A DNA stretch of 64,000 bases, from positions 13,868 through 77,867 of the forward strand of contig JAYTFR010000083.1 in NCBI GenBank assembly GCA_043734125.1, given 5' to 3'. This document shows, one piece after another, positions 45,090 to 53,540 of the stretch. This stretch comes from Acidobacteriota bacterium. Lineage in GTDB: Bacteria > Acidobacteriota > Terriglobia > Terriglobales > Acidobacteriaceae. The translations under genes and the position numbers were made by a program. The first letter of the stretch is position 1. Each line of letters begins with the position of its first letter. The notes beneath the pieces were generated by a model. The model was given only the letters and a program-made list of their open reading frames with translations. It did not search any database and had not been told where the DNA came from.

Positions 45090-45500
45090 CTAAAGAGAAT
45101 CAACGAGATAATAAGCCTCCCCAACGCCCGGAATCTTCCTTATAGAGAAGCCTCGATGTTCGAGCACGCGTCTAAGCTTGAGATTCGGTTTGGCGCAGGA
45201 CACGGCGTGCACAATCCATTCCACGCGCGAAATTCCGCGCAGCTGTGCAAAGCGTTTCGCCAGCGATGCGAGTGACACCAGGACGCCTTCCCCGCCGCCC
45301 TCAATTTGCGCAAGCTCAATCACGAGCTGGTCAGAGTTAATCCTGAAAGAGCCAAGAATCACCGCTGAGCCAATTCGAAAAACGATCGGTTCGCCCAACA
45401 AAACGAGCTGATCGATTTCCTCGCTGGGCAGATTCAGGATCTCTTCATCCCGAAGTCCTTCAAAAAGAACTTCGTGTCTTGGTTGGGTGGGATCCATCAC
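45090..45500 (-). CDS. Hypothetical 136-aa protein immediately downstream of cysS
   Basis: GTG/ATG at 45500/45497, 3 nt after the cysS stop. Codons 5-20 (TQPRHEVLFEGLRDEE) are encoded by a decayed copy of the 43437-43500 repeat. I recognise no family. Confidence 0.5.
   Translation of the reverse strand: MMDPTQPRHEVLFEGLRDEEILNLPSEEIDQLVLLGEPIVFRIGSAVILGSFRINSDQLVIELAQIEGGGEGVLVSLASLAKRFAQLRGISRVEWIVHAVSCAKPNLKLRRVLEHRGFSIRKIPGVGEAYYLVDSL
45451..45485 (+). repeat. Decayed direct copy of the REP-like element
   Basis: GAACTTCGTGTCTTGGTTG (45467-45485) aligns with GAAACTTCGTGTCTTTCTTGGTTG (43477-43500) and shares a 13-nt exact core, AACTTCGTGTCTT. A residual 6-bp stem remains: CGAAGT (45451-56) with ACTTCG (45469-74). 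Confidence 0.6.
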
Positions 45501-45503
45501 TGC

Positions 45504-46985
45504 CTACTTTCTTCGCCAGCGGATGCCCTCTTTGGTTTGCTCGATGAGGATGCCGTTGGCCGTGAGTTCCGCGCGGATGGCGTCTGAGGTGGCGAAGTCG
45601 CGCGCCTTGCGGGCTTCTGCCATTTGCGCAATCTTGGCGTCGATTTGCGCATCGGTCAACTCCGCCGAGTGAACGATGTCGCGCAGTTCCGGGCTGATGT
45701 CTTTCTCACGGCCTTCGGCCTTCGCCCAGTCGTGGGTACGCTGCATCTGCGCTGCATCGTCATCTTTCAAAACAGAAAAGATGTCGTCGAACTGATTCAC
45801 CGCCGCCACCAGGGCCGCGACGTCACCACTCTTAAGTTCCCCGGAATCCATCGCGACGTTTGCCGCGCGCACCATGTCGAAGATTGCCGCCTGCGCCTGT
45901 GCGGTGTTGAGGTCATCGTCGAGGGATTCGCACAGGCGTTTCGAAGTCTCTGCGGCAAGAGCGGCCATGGCCGCAGTTGATCCCTCCGGAAACTTTCCCG
46001 CAAGCCGCGAGGTGAAGTTGCGCAGGCGCTCGACCGATGTTGCAGCCTGCTGCAATCCGTCAAACGTAAAGTTCAGCTGGTTGCGATAGGGCACCGAAGC
46101 AAGCAGATAGCGGATGGTCGAAGGCTTGTGGCCTTTGAGCACCAGATCGCGAAGGGTAAAGAAGTTCCCGGCGCTCTTCGACATTTTCTGGCCTTCGACG
46201 AGCAAGAAGCGCGCATGAAACCAGAAGTGGGCAAACTGCTTCCCAGTCAAGGCTTCCGATTGAACAATTTCGTTTTCGTGATGCGGAAAAATCAGGTCTT
46301 CACCGCCCGCATGCAGATCGAAGCTGTCTCCGAGTTCCTGCATTGACATCACAGAGCACTCAATGTGCCAGCCCGGACGGCCGGGGCCGATGACGCTTTC
46401 CCAGAAAGCTTCGCCCGGCTTAGGCGCCTTCCACAGGGCGAAATCGCGGGCGTTATCTTTTTCGTATTCGTCAACGTCAACGCGCGCGCCGTCTTCCATT
46501 CCTGCAAAGTCTCTTTTCGAAAGCTTGCCATAAGCCGGGAACTTGGCAATGCGGAAGTAATAGGACCCGTCGTCTGTCCTGTACGCGAAACCTTTTTCGA
46601 CGAGCTTCGCGATGAACTCTGCCATCTGCGGAATGTTTTCCGTGGCGCGAACAATCTGCGGCTGCTCGATGTGCAGGGAAGCAGCGTCCTCAAGAAACGC
46701 CTGCTGATATTTCTGGGTGTACTGCTGCACGGTTAAGGCGGCAGCGGCGGCGTTGCGGATGATCTTGTCGTCCACGTCGGTGATGTTCATGACGTGCTTG
46801 ACCTTGTAGCCGCTGGCGCGCAAGTAGCGGCGCAGAATGTCCACGGCGACGAAGGTGCGGAAGTTGCCGATGTGTCCGTAGTCATAGACAGTTGGCCCGC
46901 AGGCGTACATGCGGACCTCGTTATCTACGAGCGGCCGGAATTCCTCAACTTTGCCGGAAAGTGTGTTGAACAGGCGCAGAGCCAT
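45504..46985 (-). CDS. cysS: Cysteine--tRNA ligase
   Basis: MYACGPTVYDYGHIGNFRTF (HIGH region) and KMSKSAGNF (KMSKS); 493 aa. Confidence 0.95.
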   Translation of the reverse strand: MALRLFNTLSGKVEEFRPLVDNEVRMYACGPTVYDYGHIGNFRTFVAVDILRRYLRASGYKVKHVMNITDVDDKIIRNAAAAALTVQQYTQKYQQAFLEDAASLHIEQPQIVRATENIPQMAEFIAKLVEKGFAYRTDDGSYYFRIAKFPAYGKLSKRDFAGMEDGARVDVDEYEKDNARDFALWKAPKPGEAFWESVIGPGRPGWHIECSVMSMQELGDSFDLHAGGEDLIFPHHENEIVQSEALTGKQFAHFWFHARFLLVEGQKMSKSAGNFFTLRDLVLKGHKPSTIRYLLASVPYRNQLNFTFDGLQQAATSVERLRNFTSRLAGKFPEGSTAAMAALAAETSKRLCESLDDDLNTAQAQAAIFDMVRAANVAMDSGELKSGDVAALVAAVNQFDDIFSVLKDDDAAQMQRTHDWAKAEGREKDISPELRDIVHSAELTDAQIDAKIAQMAEARKARDFATSDAIRAELTANGILIEQTKEGIRWRRK

Positions 46986-47049
46986 ATCGTCGGAAGAACT
47001 TCAATGATATTGGGAGGGCAGAAGAAGGGTCAAACCGGGAAATTGTCCA

Positions 47050-47721
47050 CTAAGGCGCCGCGTTTGCCTCGCCTGCATGCTGGCTCATCGCCCGTATGCG
47101 GTGTCCCACTAGATAGACATAGTGCACCGCGGAGAGAATCGTAAAGAAAAACGTCGCGCGGAGGAAAAACCTCCGTGAAACCCATACCCAGTGCTCCCCG
47201 TGCACCTGAAAGAGCATGACAAAGAGCACGGCGGCCACTTGCGCAAAAGTGTTGGCTTTGCCGAAAATGCTGGGCCGGAAGTCGCGCAATCCCGCGATGG
47301 TGTAAAGCACGCCGCTCACCAGAAGGATGCAGACGTCACGGGAGAAGACCAGGACCGTGAACTTCCAGGGGATCAGGTCGACAACTGAAAGAACCAAAAA
47401 AATGGTGCTCAGCAGCATTTTGTCAGCGATGGGATCGAGATACTGGCCGAGCAATGTCTGCTGATGCAAGCGACGCGCGAGCAGGCCGTCGAGTCCGTCG
47501 CTGAGGCCGGCGATCAGCGTGAGGAGGAGCGCTCCCTTGTAATGATGGTCAAGAAGTTTAATGACGATAAACGGAAGAAAGACCATTCGCGCCAGCGTGA
47601 GCTGATTTGGCGCGCTGAGGATCTGGGAGACTTTTATGGCGGCAGCTTTCGACGTGCTGCCAATGGTTTGAGGACTCTGCTCCACACATCGATTGTCACT
47701 GTGGGAGGCAGCGTTTTGCAA
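47050..47721 (-). CDS. pgsA: CDP-alcohol phosphatidyltransferase (probable phosphatidylglycerophosphate synthase)
   Basis: GLSDGLDGLLARRLHQQTLLGQYLDPIADK matches D(x)2DG(x)2AR...G(x)3D(x)3D. The protein is polytopic. The start (TTG at 47721) is uncertain. Confidence 0.75.
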   Translation of the reverse strand: MQNAASHSDNRCVEQSPQTIGSTSKAAAIKVSQILSAPNQLTLARMVFLPFIVIKLLDHHYKGALLLTLIAGLSDGLDGLLARRLHQQTLLGQYLDPIADKMLLSTIFLVLSVVDLIPWKFTVLVFSRDVCILLVSGVLYTIAGLRDFRPSIFGKANTFAQVAAVLFVMLFQVHGEHWVWVSRRFFLRATFFFTILSAVHYVYLVGHRIRAMSQHAGEANAAP

Positions 47722-47745
47722 CTCGCGACCAGCCGGTGAGCGTGT

Positions 47746-47773
47746 TTGCCAATCCCAAGAACATCAGTAGAAT
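47746..47773 (+). promoter_or_regulatory. Candidate promoter for tRNA-Val
   Basis: TTGCCA-16 nt-TAGAAT, about 90 nt upstream of the tRNA. Confidence 0.35.
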
Positions 47774-47861
47774 GGTGTTGCAGCTTTCGCCTTATCCCTC
47801 TTTATCGTCACGGCGGCGAGCAGCGCGTTTGGGGATAGTTTCAGCGACGCCCCAATTCTGT

Positions 47862-47938
47862 AGGCCCGTAGCTCAGTTGGTTAGAGCGCCTCCCTGACAC
47901 GGAGGAGGTCGATGGTTCGAGTCCATTCGGGCCTACCA
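47862..47938 (+). tRNA. tRNA-Val (anticodon GAC), CCA encoded
   Basis: Manual cloverleaf: acceptor AGGCCCG/CGGGCCT, D-arm GCTC-AGTTGGTTA-GAGC, anticodon arm CCTCC-CTGACAC-GGAGG, variable loop AGGTC, T-arm GATGG-TTCGAGT-CCATT, discriminator A, CCA. Confidence 0.93.
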
Positions 47939-48002
47939 TATTCTTCATGCGGACGGGGAAGATACTCCCGGACGCGAGATTTATGTTGTGCTTCGTGTCG
48001 CA

Positions 48003-48158
48003 AAGCCGTTCTGGTGCTTGCAGACGCGCTTCCTTCCGCACAAATCGCTCCAGCATTCGAAGTCTTACGTGCCCGGCAATTGCCATGATCGTGGAATCCG
48101 ACGGACCGCTCTCCGCCAACTGAGCAAAGGCGCAGCGGCGAAGATCATGACCTCCTCG
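48003..48158 (-). pseudogene. C-terminal fragment of a tyrosine recombinase (phage-type integrase)
   Basis: The minus frame reads HDLRRCAFAQLAESGPSDSTIMAIAGHVRLRMLERFVRKEARLQAPERL, which fits the integrase box II pattern HDLRH...LAE.G....TIM.I.GH.s..MLE.Y.H. The catalytic Tyr position reads RF. A TAG lies 3 codons upstream of HDLRR, and everything N-terminal is missing. Confidence 0.6.
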
Positions 48159-48306
48159 CTACGCGGTGCTAGTCTCGCGCCTGCGGCGCCCAAGCGTGCC
48201 ACGAATATTTGCCTTCCCCGGACGCAAGGATTACAGTGGCCGCGTCCTTCCTTTGGACGGAACGGGCCGTCCTTACTCGCGATCGAAAAGCTTTCTGAAA
48301 GGGCTC

Positions 48307-50583
48307 ATGCGGATACGATCCATCTTGCTGCTCGTCTTGCTGTCCGCGTGCGTGGCCGTGGCGGACGAGGCCGAAAAGTCGCAGAAAAAAGAAATGCAAG
48401 CTCAAGCCAAGGCCGCGATGAAAGGAGCTGCCAGCCTGGAGAAGTCAGGACAACTCGCCGAAGCGCGGGAAAAATATACCGAGTCGCAAGCGCTGTTTGA
48501 AAGCGGCGATGCCACCGACGCGATCAAGCATCTGGACGAAGAAATCCGTAATCGCGTCAAAGACAGCTTGAACCAGGCGCACAAGCTCTATGATCAGCAC
48601 AAGTTCAAAGAATCCGCGGCTGCGCTGGAAGAGACCATGAAGCTGGGTGTTGACCAGCCTGTTCTCGCGTACGATCTAGCACTCTGTTACCACCAGCTGG
48701 GCGACCGGGACCAAGCCGCTGAATACCTGCGCAAGGCCAGAGCGGGCACGCACGACCCAAAACAAAAGCAGAGGCTTCTACAACTGCTGGCTTACGTCAC
48801 CACTGGAGAGAACGGATCTCCAGCGAGCGACAGCGATCGTGACCGCGTTAACCGTCTGAACCAGCTCGCGGATAGCATCGGATTGGAGTCGTCACTCCTG
48901 GATGACGCCGGAGGGGAGGAAGAGTATCCGCCGGCTGCAAGCGATGATCCTGCTTCGCAACCCGCGCAGGCGGCCCAACTGGCGGCTCATTCCCTAGCGA
49001 AGCCGGGCGGACATGGCGGCACCAATAGCCAGACAAATAAGGGCCCGAGGGCGAGCTTGTGCAACGCGATGGGCGAGTTCAAGACGGCGTCAGCCAAAAG
49101 CCCGTCAGTGGCCTTCAATCTGGCAAATTGCGCGGAGACCAATGGGCGGACTGCCGAGGCGGCGCAGATGTTGGAGAAATACCTGGAGATCGCCCCGACA
49201 GCGCTGGATGCTGCGGACGCGCACGCCCGTATCGCCGATCTGCGATCGCTGCTCGCGCTGCCTGGCCCTAACGGAGTGGAGACTCGCCGGCTCTACGCTT
49301 CGGCATACGGCGCGTTGTCGGAACGCGAGTATGACCACGCGCTCGAAGCATTCCACAAGGCCAGCGACTTGGCGCCGGACTATGCCCTTACGAAATGGAA
49401 ACTTGCGCTGTTTTACGAGGCTATGGGCGACGTGGATGGAGCGCGAACAAAATTCACCGAGTATCAGCAGTTGACGACCGACCAGAGCGCCAGGGATGAG
49501 GCCGCACTCCATCTGAGCACGCTCGACGCGAAGCGGACCAAGTACGACGAAGAAATCGATGAGGCCGAGGATATGCTCGCCGATCTTTTCAACCGGGGCA
49601 TGAATCTGACCTTCAACGGTCCCGAAAACCGCAGGTCGTTGCGGGCCAAGCGTGCGCGGGTGAAGAAGAAGGAGCAAAACAAGTCCAAGGGCAGGGTCGG
49701 TGGATTTGCGGTTCCCTACGCGTATGCGCAGCAACAACTGAAGCGGGCGAGTGAGCATCTCCAAGTCGCCCTTGCGCTCTTCCCGCTTGGCGCGGAGGTG
49801 AACGAACTAATGGGCCTAGTGTTCTTGCAGGCAAACGACGGGCATGCCGCCATCAAGAGTTTTGATGTAGTCGCCAGTCAAGGCTTGCCCGTGGTGTTTT
49901 ATGCGGAGATGCGCGGCCACAAGCTGGACCATGCGGTGAAATGCGAATTGACCAGGGACCGCCTGCGTTTCATCTTTCTCTCGTCGTACGACAAGAAAGG
50001 GACTCCCACACCTCCGTCCAAGCTCGCAGGTGAAGACGGACTTGGGGACATGACTATCGCGCCCGGCGATGGGCGGCAGACATCGTTCGACTCGCTCGAT
50101 CTGACGCCGGCCGAAATCAAGAAGATCGAGACGAACCAGGGGATGCTGAAGTTGAAGCTCGCTCAACAGGACATCTATTTGGCGCCGATCTACCTGCCGG
50201 CCTTCACGCCCGTCGAGGGGCCGCCAGCGCGAAGGTTTGCCAACAACTACACGCGACTGTTTGTGCGGTATCCGGGGCTGGAGGATTCGAAGCTGGGCAG
50301 CGAAGGTATGACCGGCGGCGAAAAATTCAAAATGGGATACAGCATCGCCAACTCCAGTCTCGATATCGCCAGTGGAGGGTTTACGCTGATCGGAGCTATC
50401 TCCAGCGTGCAGGACGCAATCTCAATTGCTCGAACCATTCACGCCGCAGTGGCATCACTGGGCGTCAGCTTCGCGTCGTGGGAAAAGAGCGTGGACGATC
50501 AGCAACGATTGCTGGCGGGCAAGTCCTTCAAACCCATTCCGGTGCAACCCGTGAGTTTGGTATTCGTGCAGGAATTCAAGTGA
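48307..50583 (+). CDS. Secreted TPR protein with about 300-aa C-terminal domain of unknown function
   Basis: I set the start at MRIRSILLLVLLSACVAVA (signal peptide). TPR-like repeats include ALCYHQLGDRDQAAEYLRKA and ALFYEAMGDVDGARTKFTEY. I do not recognise the C-terminal region. Confidence 0.7.
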   Translation: MRIRSILLLVLLSACVAVADEAEKSQKKEMQAQAKAAMKGAASLEKSGQLAEAREKYTESQALFESGDATDAIKHLDEEIRNRVKDSLNQAHKLYDQHKFKESAAALEETMKLGVDQPVLAYDLALCYHQLGDRDQAAEYLRKARAGTHDPKQKQRLLQLLAYVTTGENGSPASDSDRDRVNRLNQLADSIGLESSLLDDAGGEEEYPPAASDDPASQPAQAAQLAAHSLAKPGGHGGTNSQTNKGPRASLCNAMGEFKTASAKSPSVAFNLANCAETNGRTAEAAQMLEKYLEIAPTALDAADAHARIADLRSLLALPGPNGVETRRLYASAYGALSEREYDHALEAFHKASDLAPDYALTKWKLALFYEAMGDVDGARTKFTEYQQLTTDQSARDEAALHLSTLDAKRTKYDEEIDEAEDMLADLFNRGMNLTFNGPENRRSLRAKRARVKKKEQNKSKGRVGGFAVPYAYAQQQLKRASEHLQVALALFPLGAEVNELMGLVFLQANDGHAAIKSFDVVASQGLPVVFYAEMRGHKLDHAVKCELTRDRLRFIFLSSYDKKGTPTPPSKLAGEDGLGDMTIAPGDGRQTSFDSLDLTPAEIKKIETNQGMLKLKLAQQDIYLAPIYLPAFTPVEGPPARRFANNYTRLFVRYPGLEDSKLGSEGMTGGEKFKMGYSIANSSLDIASGGFTLIGAISSVQDAISIARTIHAAVASLGVSFASWEKSVDDQQRLLAGKSFKPIPVQPVSLVFVQEFK

Positions 50584-50787
50584 GGTAGTACGAATAATGT
50601 GCGTACGACGGGCAGTCCTTTCGTCGCCCTTGAGCGCATGACAAACGCTAGTCACTCGCTCCATACTTACTCGCGCAGGGAATTGACACGGAAGAGATAT
50701 CCAGTCTGCCTCCCAGAACAGGCGAGGCCATGGGCTTGGGCGCTTAGCCAAATTCCATTCTTGCCGCTGTGTATATACTGAGTTCCC

Positions 50788-51807
50788 ATGACTGTTCGGA
50801 TGAAGGACATTGCAAGGGACTTGGGTGTCTCGGTGGTGACCGTCTCAAAGGTCTTGCGCCACCACTCGGATATTTCCGAAGAAACGCGCGAGCGCGTTCT
50901 GGCGCGAATTAAGGAGCTCGACTATCGGCCTAATCTGGCCGCAAGAAGTCTGGTCACAGGCCGTTCCTATCTGGTTGGTCTGGTTGTGCCCAGTTTGCTT
51001 CATCCTTTCTTCGCCGAGGTGGCAAAGGCCATTTCTGAGACGCTCCGGAAGCACGGGTATTACCTGATCATTTCTTCTTCGGAAGAGGAGCCGGAGTTGG
51101 AGGAGCAGGAAATCGAACACCTTCTGGAGCGACGGCTAGACACTCTAATCATCGCGTCGTGCCGAACAACTCTGGATCTGTTCCGCCGAATCGAAAAACA
51201 GGGCACACCGTATGTGCTGATCGATCGCAGCTTTCAGGGGCTTTCGGCAAATTTCGTCGGGGTTGACGATGAAGCCGCAGGAGATTTGGCAACACAGCAT
51301 TTGATCGACACCGGGTGCAAGCGGATCGCTCACATTCGCGGCCCGGAGACCAGCCCTGGAATCCAGAGATTGCAGGGTTACAAGCGGGCGCTCGAGCGGA
51401 ATGGCATCGAGCTAAGGCCGGAGTTCATCATCGCCGAGCCTAAGGGCGACGTGGAAAGCCGGCAACGGGGCGTCGCGGCCATGCAACAGCTGTTGCAGCT
51501 TGAACAGAGACCCGATGGCGTCTTTTTCTTTAATGACCCGCTCGCCCTGGGCTCAATGAATTTCGTGCTGGATCAGGGCCTGAGAATTCCGGAGGACATA
51601 GCCTTGATCGGCTGCGGCGATCTCCACTACGACGATACTCTGCGCGTGCCGCTCTCAAGTATCAACCAGCGCAGCCGCTTGATTGGAGAAGAAGCAGCCC
51701 GAGTGACGCTCGCCATCCTGAAGTCGAAGAAGCCCCTCCCAGTTGAGAGGATTGTGCTGCGGCCGGAACTGGTGGTGCGAGCTTCCACACAGAAGCGCCC
51801 CAACTAA
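50788..51807 (+). CDS. LacI family transcriptional regulator
   Basis: N-terminal HTH MKDIARDLGVSVVTVSKVLR plus a periplasmic-binding-protein-like core (YRPNLAARSL...LIGCGD). Confidence 0.92.
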   Translation: MTVRMKDIARDLGVSVVTVSKVLRHHSDISEETRERVLARIKELDYRPNLAARSLVTGRSYLVGLVVPSLLHPFFAEVAKAISETLRKHGYYLIISSSEEEPELEEQEIEHLLERRLDTLIIASCRTTLDLFRRIEKQGTPYVLIDRSFQGLSANFVGVDDEAAGDLATQHLIDTGCKRIAHIRGPETSPGIQRLQGYKRALERNGIELRPEFIIAEPKGDVESRQRGVAAMQQLLQLEQRPDGVFFFNDPLALGSMNFVLDQGLRIPEDIALIGCGDLHYDDTLRVPLSSINQRSRLIGEEAARVTLAILKSKKPLPVERIVLRPELVVRASTQKRPN

Positions 51808-51965
51808 CAGTGTTATTGAAGTGAATAACTGAGCGCACACCATGTTCGCTTGTCTTCTTGATTGCGGTTGGCTCCGTTGCCCACGCGTGGGGAAAGGTCC
51901 CGCGGTCTGAGACGCGCGGCAACGCGACGTAACTAACCGTCCCCGGCCTTAGTCACCCGAGAAGT

Positions 51966-51994
51966 TTGACTGCGATAACTTTATCGTTTACTAT
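51966..51994 (+). promoter_or_regulatory. Candidate promoter (TTGACT-17 nt-TACTAT) with a 14-bp palindrome CGATAA-CT-TTATCG (51973-51986) in the spacer; putative LacI-type operator
   Basis: Read directly from the sequence. The palindrome arms are perfect 6-mers. The element lies about 240 nt upstream of the hydratase-lyase start codon. Confidence 0.5.
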
Positions 51995-52233
51995 CCCCTC
52001 CGAAACACCCCATGAAAAACTGGCATTCCCCACAGTCAGGAGCCCGAGTCGCTGTGGGCGAATACTGAAGCAGGCGACTCAGCGGAGTTAGGTTGAGTCG
52101 AGAATCTCATATGTGTTCGTTGGAATCGCTTCTGACCGAGGACCTTCCCTGGGCACGGGTTGGAATAGAATCGTCTGGCCGCGAAGCATTGTTATCAGAG
52201 AAGTTGTTGCACGCGGCGAGGAGAAACAAAACC

Positions 52234-53061
52234 ATGTCCTACGAAGGGCGCTGGACGACGGTACGCGTTGAAGTGGAAGAAGGGATCGGTTGGGCGATCC
52301 TGAACCGTCCCGAGAAGCGGAACGCCATGAGTCCGACGCTCAACCGGGAGATGCGCGAGGTTCTGGAGGCGTTGGAACTTGATGAATCGGTGAAGGTTCT
52401 GGTTCTGACGGGCGCGGGAGAATCATGGACGGCGGGCATGGACCTGAAAGAATATTTTCGGGAGATTGATCAGGCACCCGAAATTGTGCAGGAAAAGATT
52501 CGCCGCGACGCCTCCGCCTGGCAGTGGAAACTGCTGCGGATGTACTCTAAGCCGACGATCGCGATGGTGAATGGATGGTGCTTCGGTGGGGGATTTTCTC
52601 CTCTGGTGGCCTGTGACCTGGCAATCGCCGCTGAGACTGCGGTATTCGGGCTTTCGGAAATCAATTGGGGTATTCCTCCCGGCAATCTTGTGAGCAAAGC
52701 GCTTGCCGATACTGTTGGCCAACGCAAGGCGCTGGAATACATCATGACAGGCGAAACTTTTACGGGGCGGCAGGCGGCGGAGATGGGACTGGTGAATCGG
52801 GCGGTGCCGCTCGCTGAGTTGCGCGCGGAAACCGTCGCGCTCGCACAGAAGTTGGCGGCGAAGAATCCAGTGGTGTTGCGGGCGGCGAAACACGGATTCA
52901 AACGGTGTCGCGAACTGACTTGGGAGCAGAGCGAGGATTATCTTTACGCAAAACTCGACCAGTCACAGCTGCGCGATCCCGAGCATGGTCGTGAAAAGGG
53001 CCTCAAGCAGTTTCTGGACGAGAAGAGCATCAAGCCGGGGCTGGAAAATTATCGGCGGTGA
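52234..53061 (+). CDS. ech: Hydroxycinnamoyl-CoA (feruloyl-CoA) hydratase-lyase, HCHL-like crotonase
   Basis: From MSYEGRW the protein is near-collinear with my recollection of Pseudomonas HCHL. Shared blocks: ILNRPEKRNAMSPTLNREM, LTGAGESWTAGMDLKEYFRE, WQWKLLRMYSKPTIAMVNGWCFGGGFSPLVACDLAI, FGLSEINWGIPPGNLVSKA, NPVVLRAAKHGFKRCRELTWEQSEDYLYAKLDQS, KSIKPGL. GAGGAG lies upstream of ATG 52234. Confidence 0.85.
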   Translation: MSYEGRWTTVRVEVEEGIGWAILNRPEKRNAMSPTLNREMREVLEALELDESVKVLVLTGAGESWTAGMDLKEYFREIDQAPEIVQEKIRRDASAWQWKLLRMYSKPTIAMVNGWCFGGGFSPLVACDLAIAAETAVFGLSEINWGIPPGNLVSKALADTVGQRKALEYIMTGETFTGRQAAEMGLVNRAVPLAELRAETVALAQKLAAKNPVVLRAAKHGFKRCRELTWEQSEDYLYAKLDQSQLRDPEHGREKGLKQFLDEKSIKPGLENYRR

Positions 53062-53130
53062 TTGCCGACCACCGTTTAGTTGATCTTCAATTGTCAGGCG
53101 TAGAACCTATCAATGCGGAGGTAGCGGGGA

Positions 53131-53454
53131 ATGAAGCGTTACGGTTCTGTGATCGGCATTAAGCCGGAGACGATCGAAGCGTACAAAAAATATCATGCGG
53201 CGGCGTGGCCGGAAGTTCTAGACATGATCAAGAAGTGCAACATCCGAAACTATTCGATCTACCTGAAAGATGATTTGTTATTTGGCTACATGGAATACCA
53301 CGGAACAGACTTCAACGCCGATATGGCCAAGATGGCGGCCGATCCGAAAACCCAGGAATGGTGGAAGGTGGTAGGGCCAATGCAACGTCCGCTTGAAACT
53401 CGGGGCGACGGTGAATGGTGGGCTAATATGGAAGAAGTTTTCCATCTGGATTAG
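53131..53454 (+). CDS. rhaM: L-rhamnose mutarotase family protein
   Basis: 107 aa: KRYGSVIGIKPETIEAYKKYHAAAWPEVLDMIKKCNIRNYSIYLKDDLLFGYMEYHG...WWANMEEVFHLD, the RhaM/DUF718 pattern. Confidence 0.8.
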   Translation: MKRYGSVIGIKPETIEAYKKYHAAAWPEVLDMIKKCNIRNYSIYLKDDLLFGYMEYHGTDFNADMAKMAADPKTQEWWKVVGPMQRPLETRGDGEWWANMEEVFHLD

Positions 53455-53540
53455 TCCTTGGCCGCGATCGATCAGGCCCCCGCCTCAATCGCGGAATGTT
53501 TTGTGCCCTGCTACATTGCGTCTTCTCAGGGAGCCAGAAA

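Noticed and set aside
47841-48002. Lower part of the track ORF 47841-48119, which reads through tRNA-Val.
   Set aside because: This is translation of the tRNA antisense strand. Only the integrase-like upper part (48003-48158) is meaningful.
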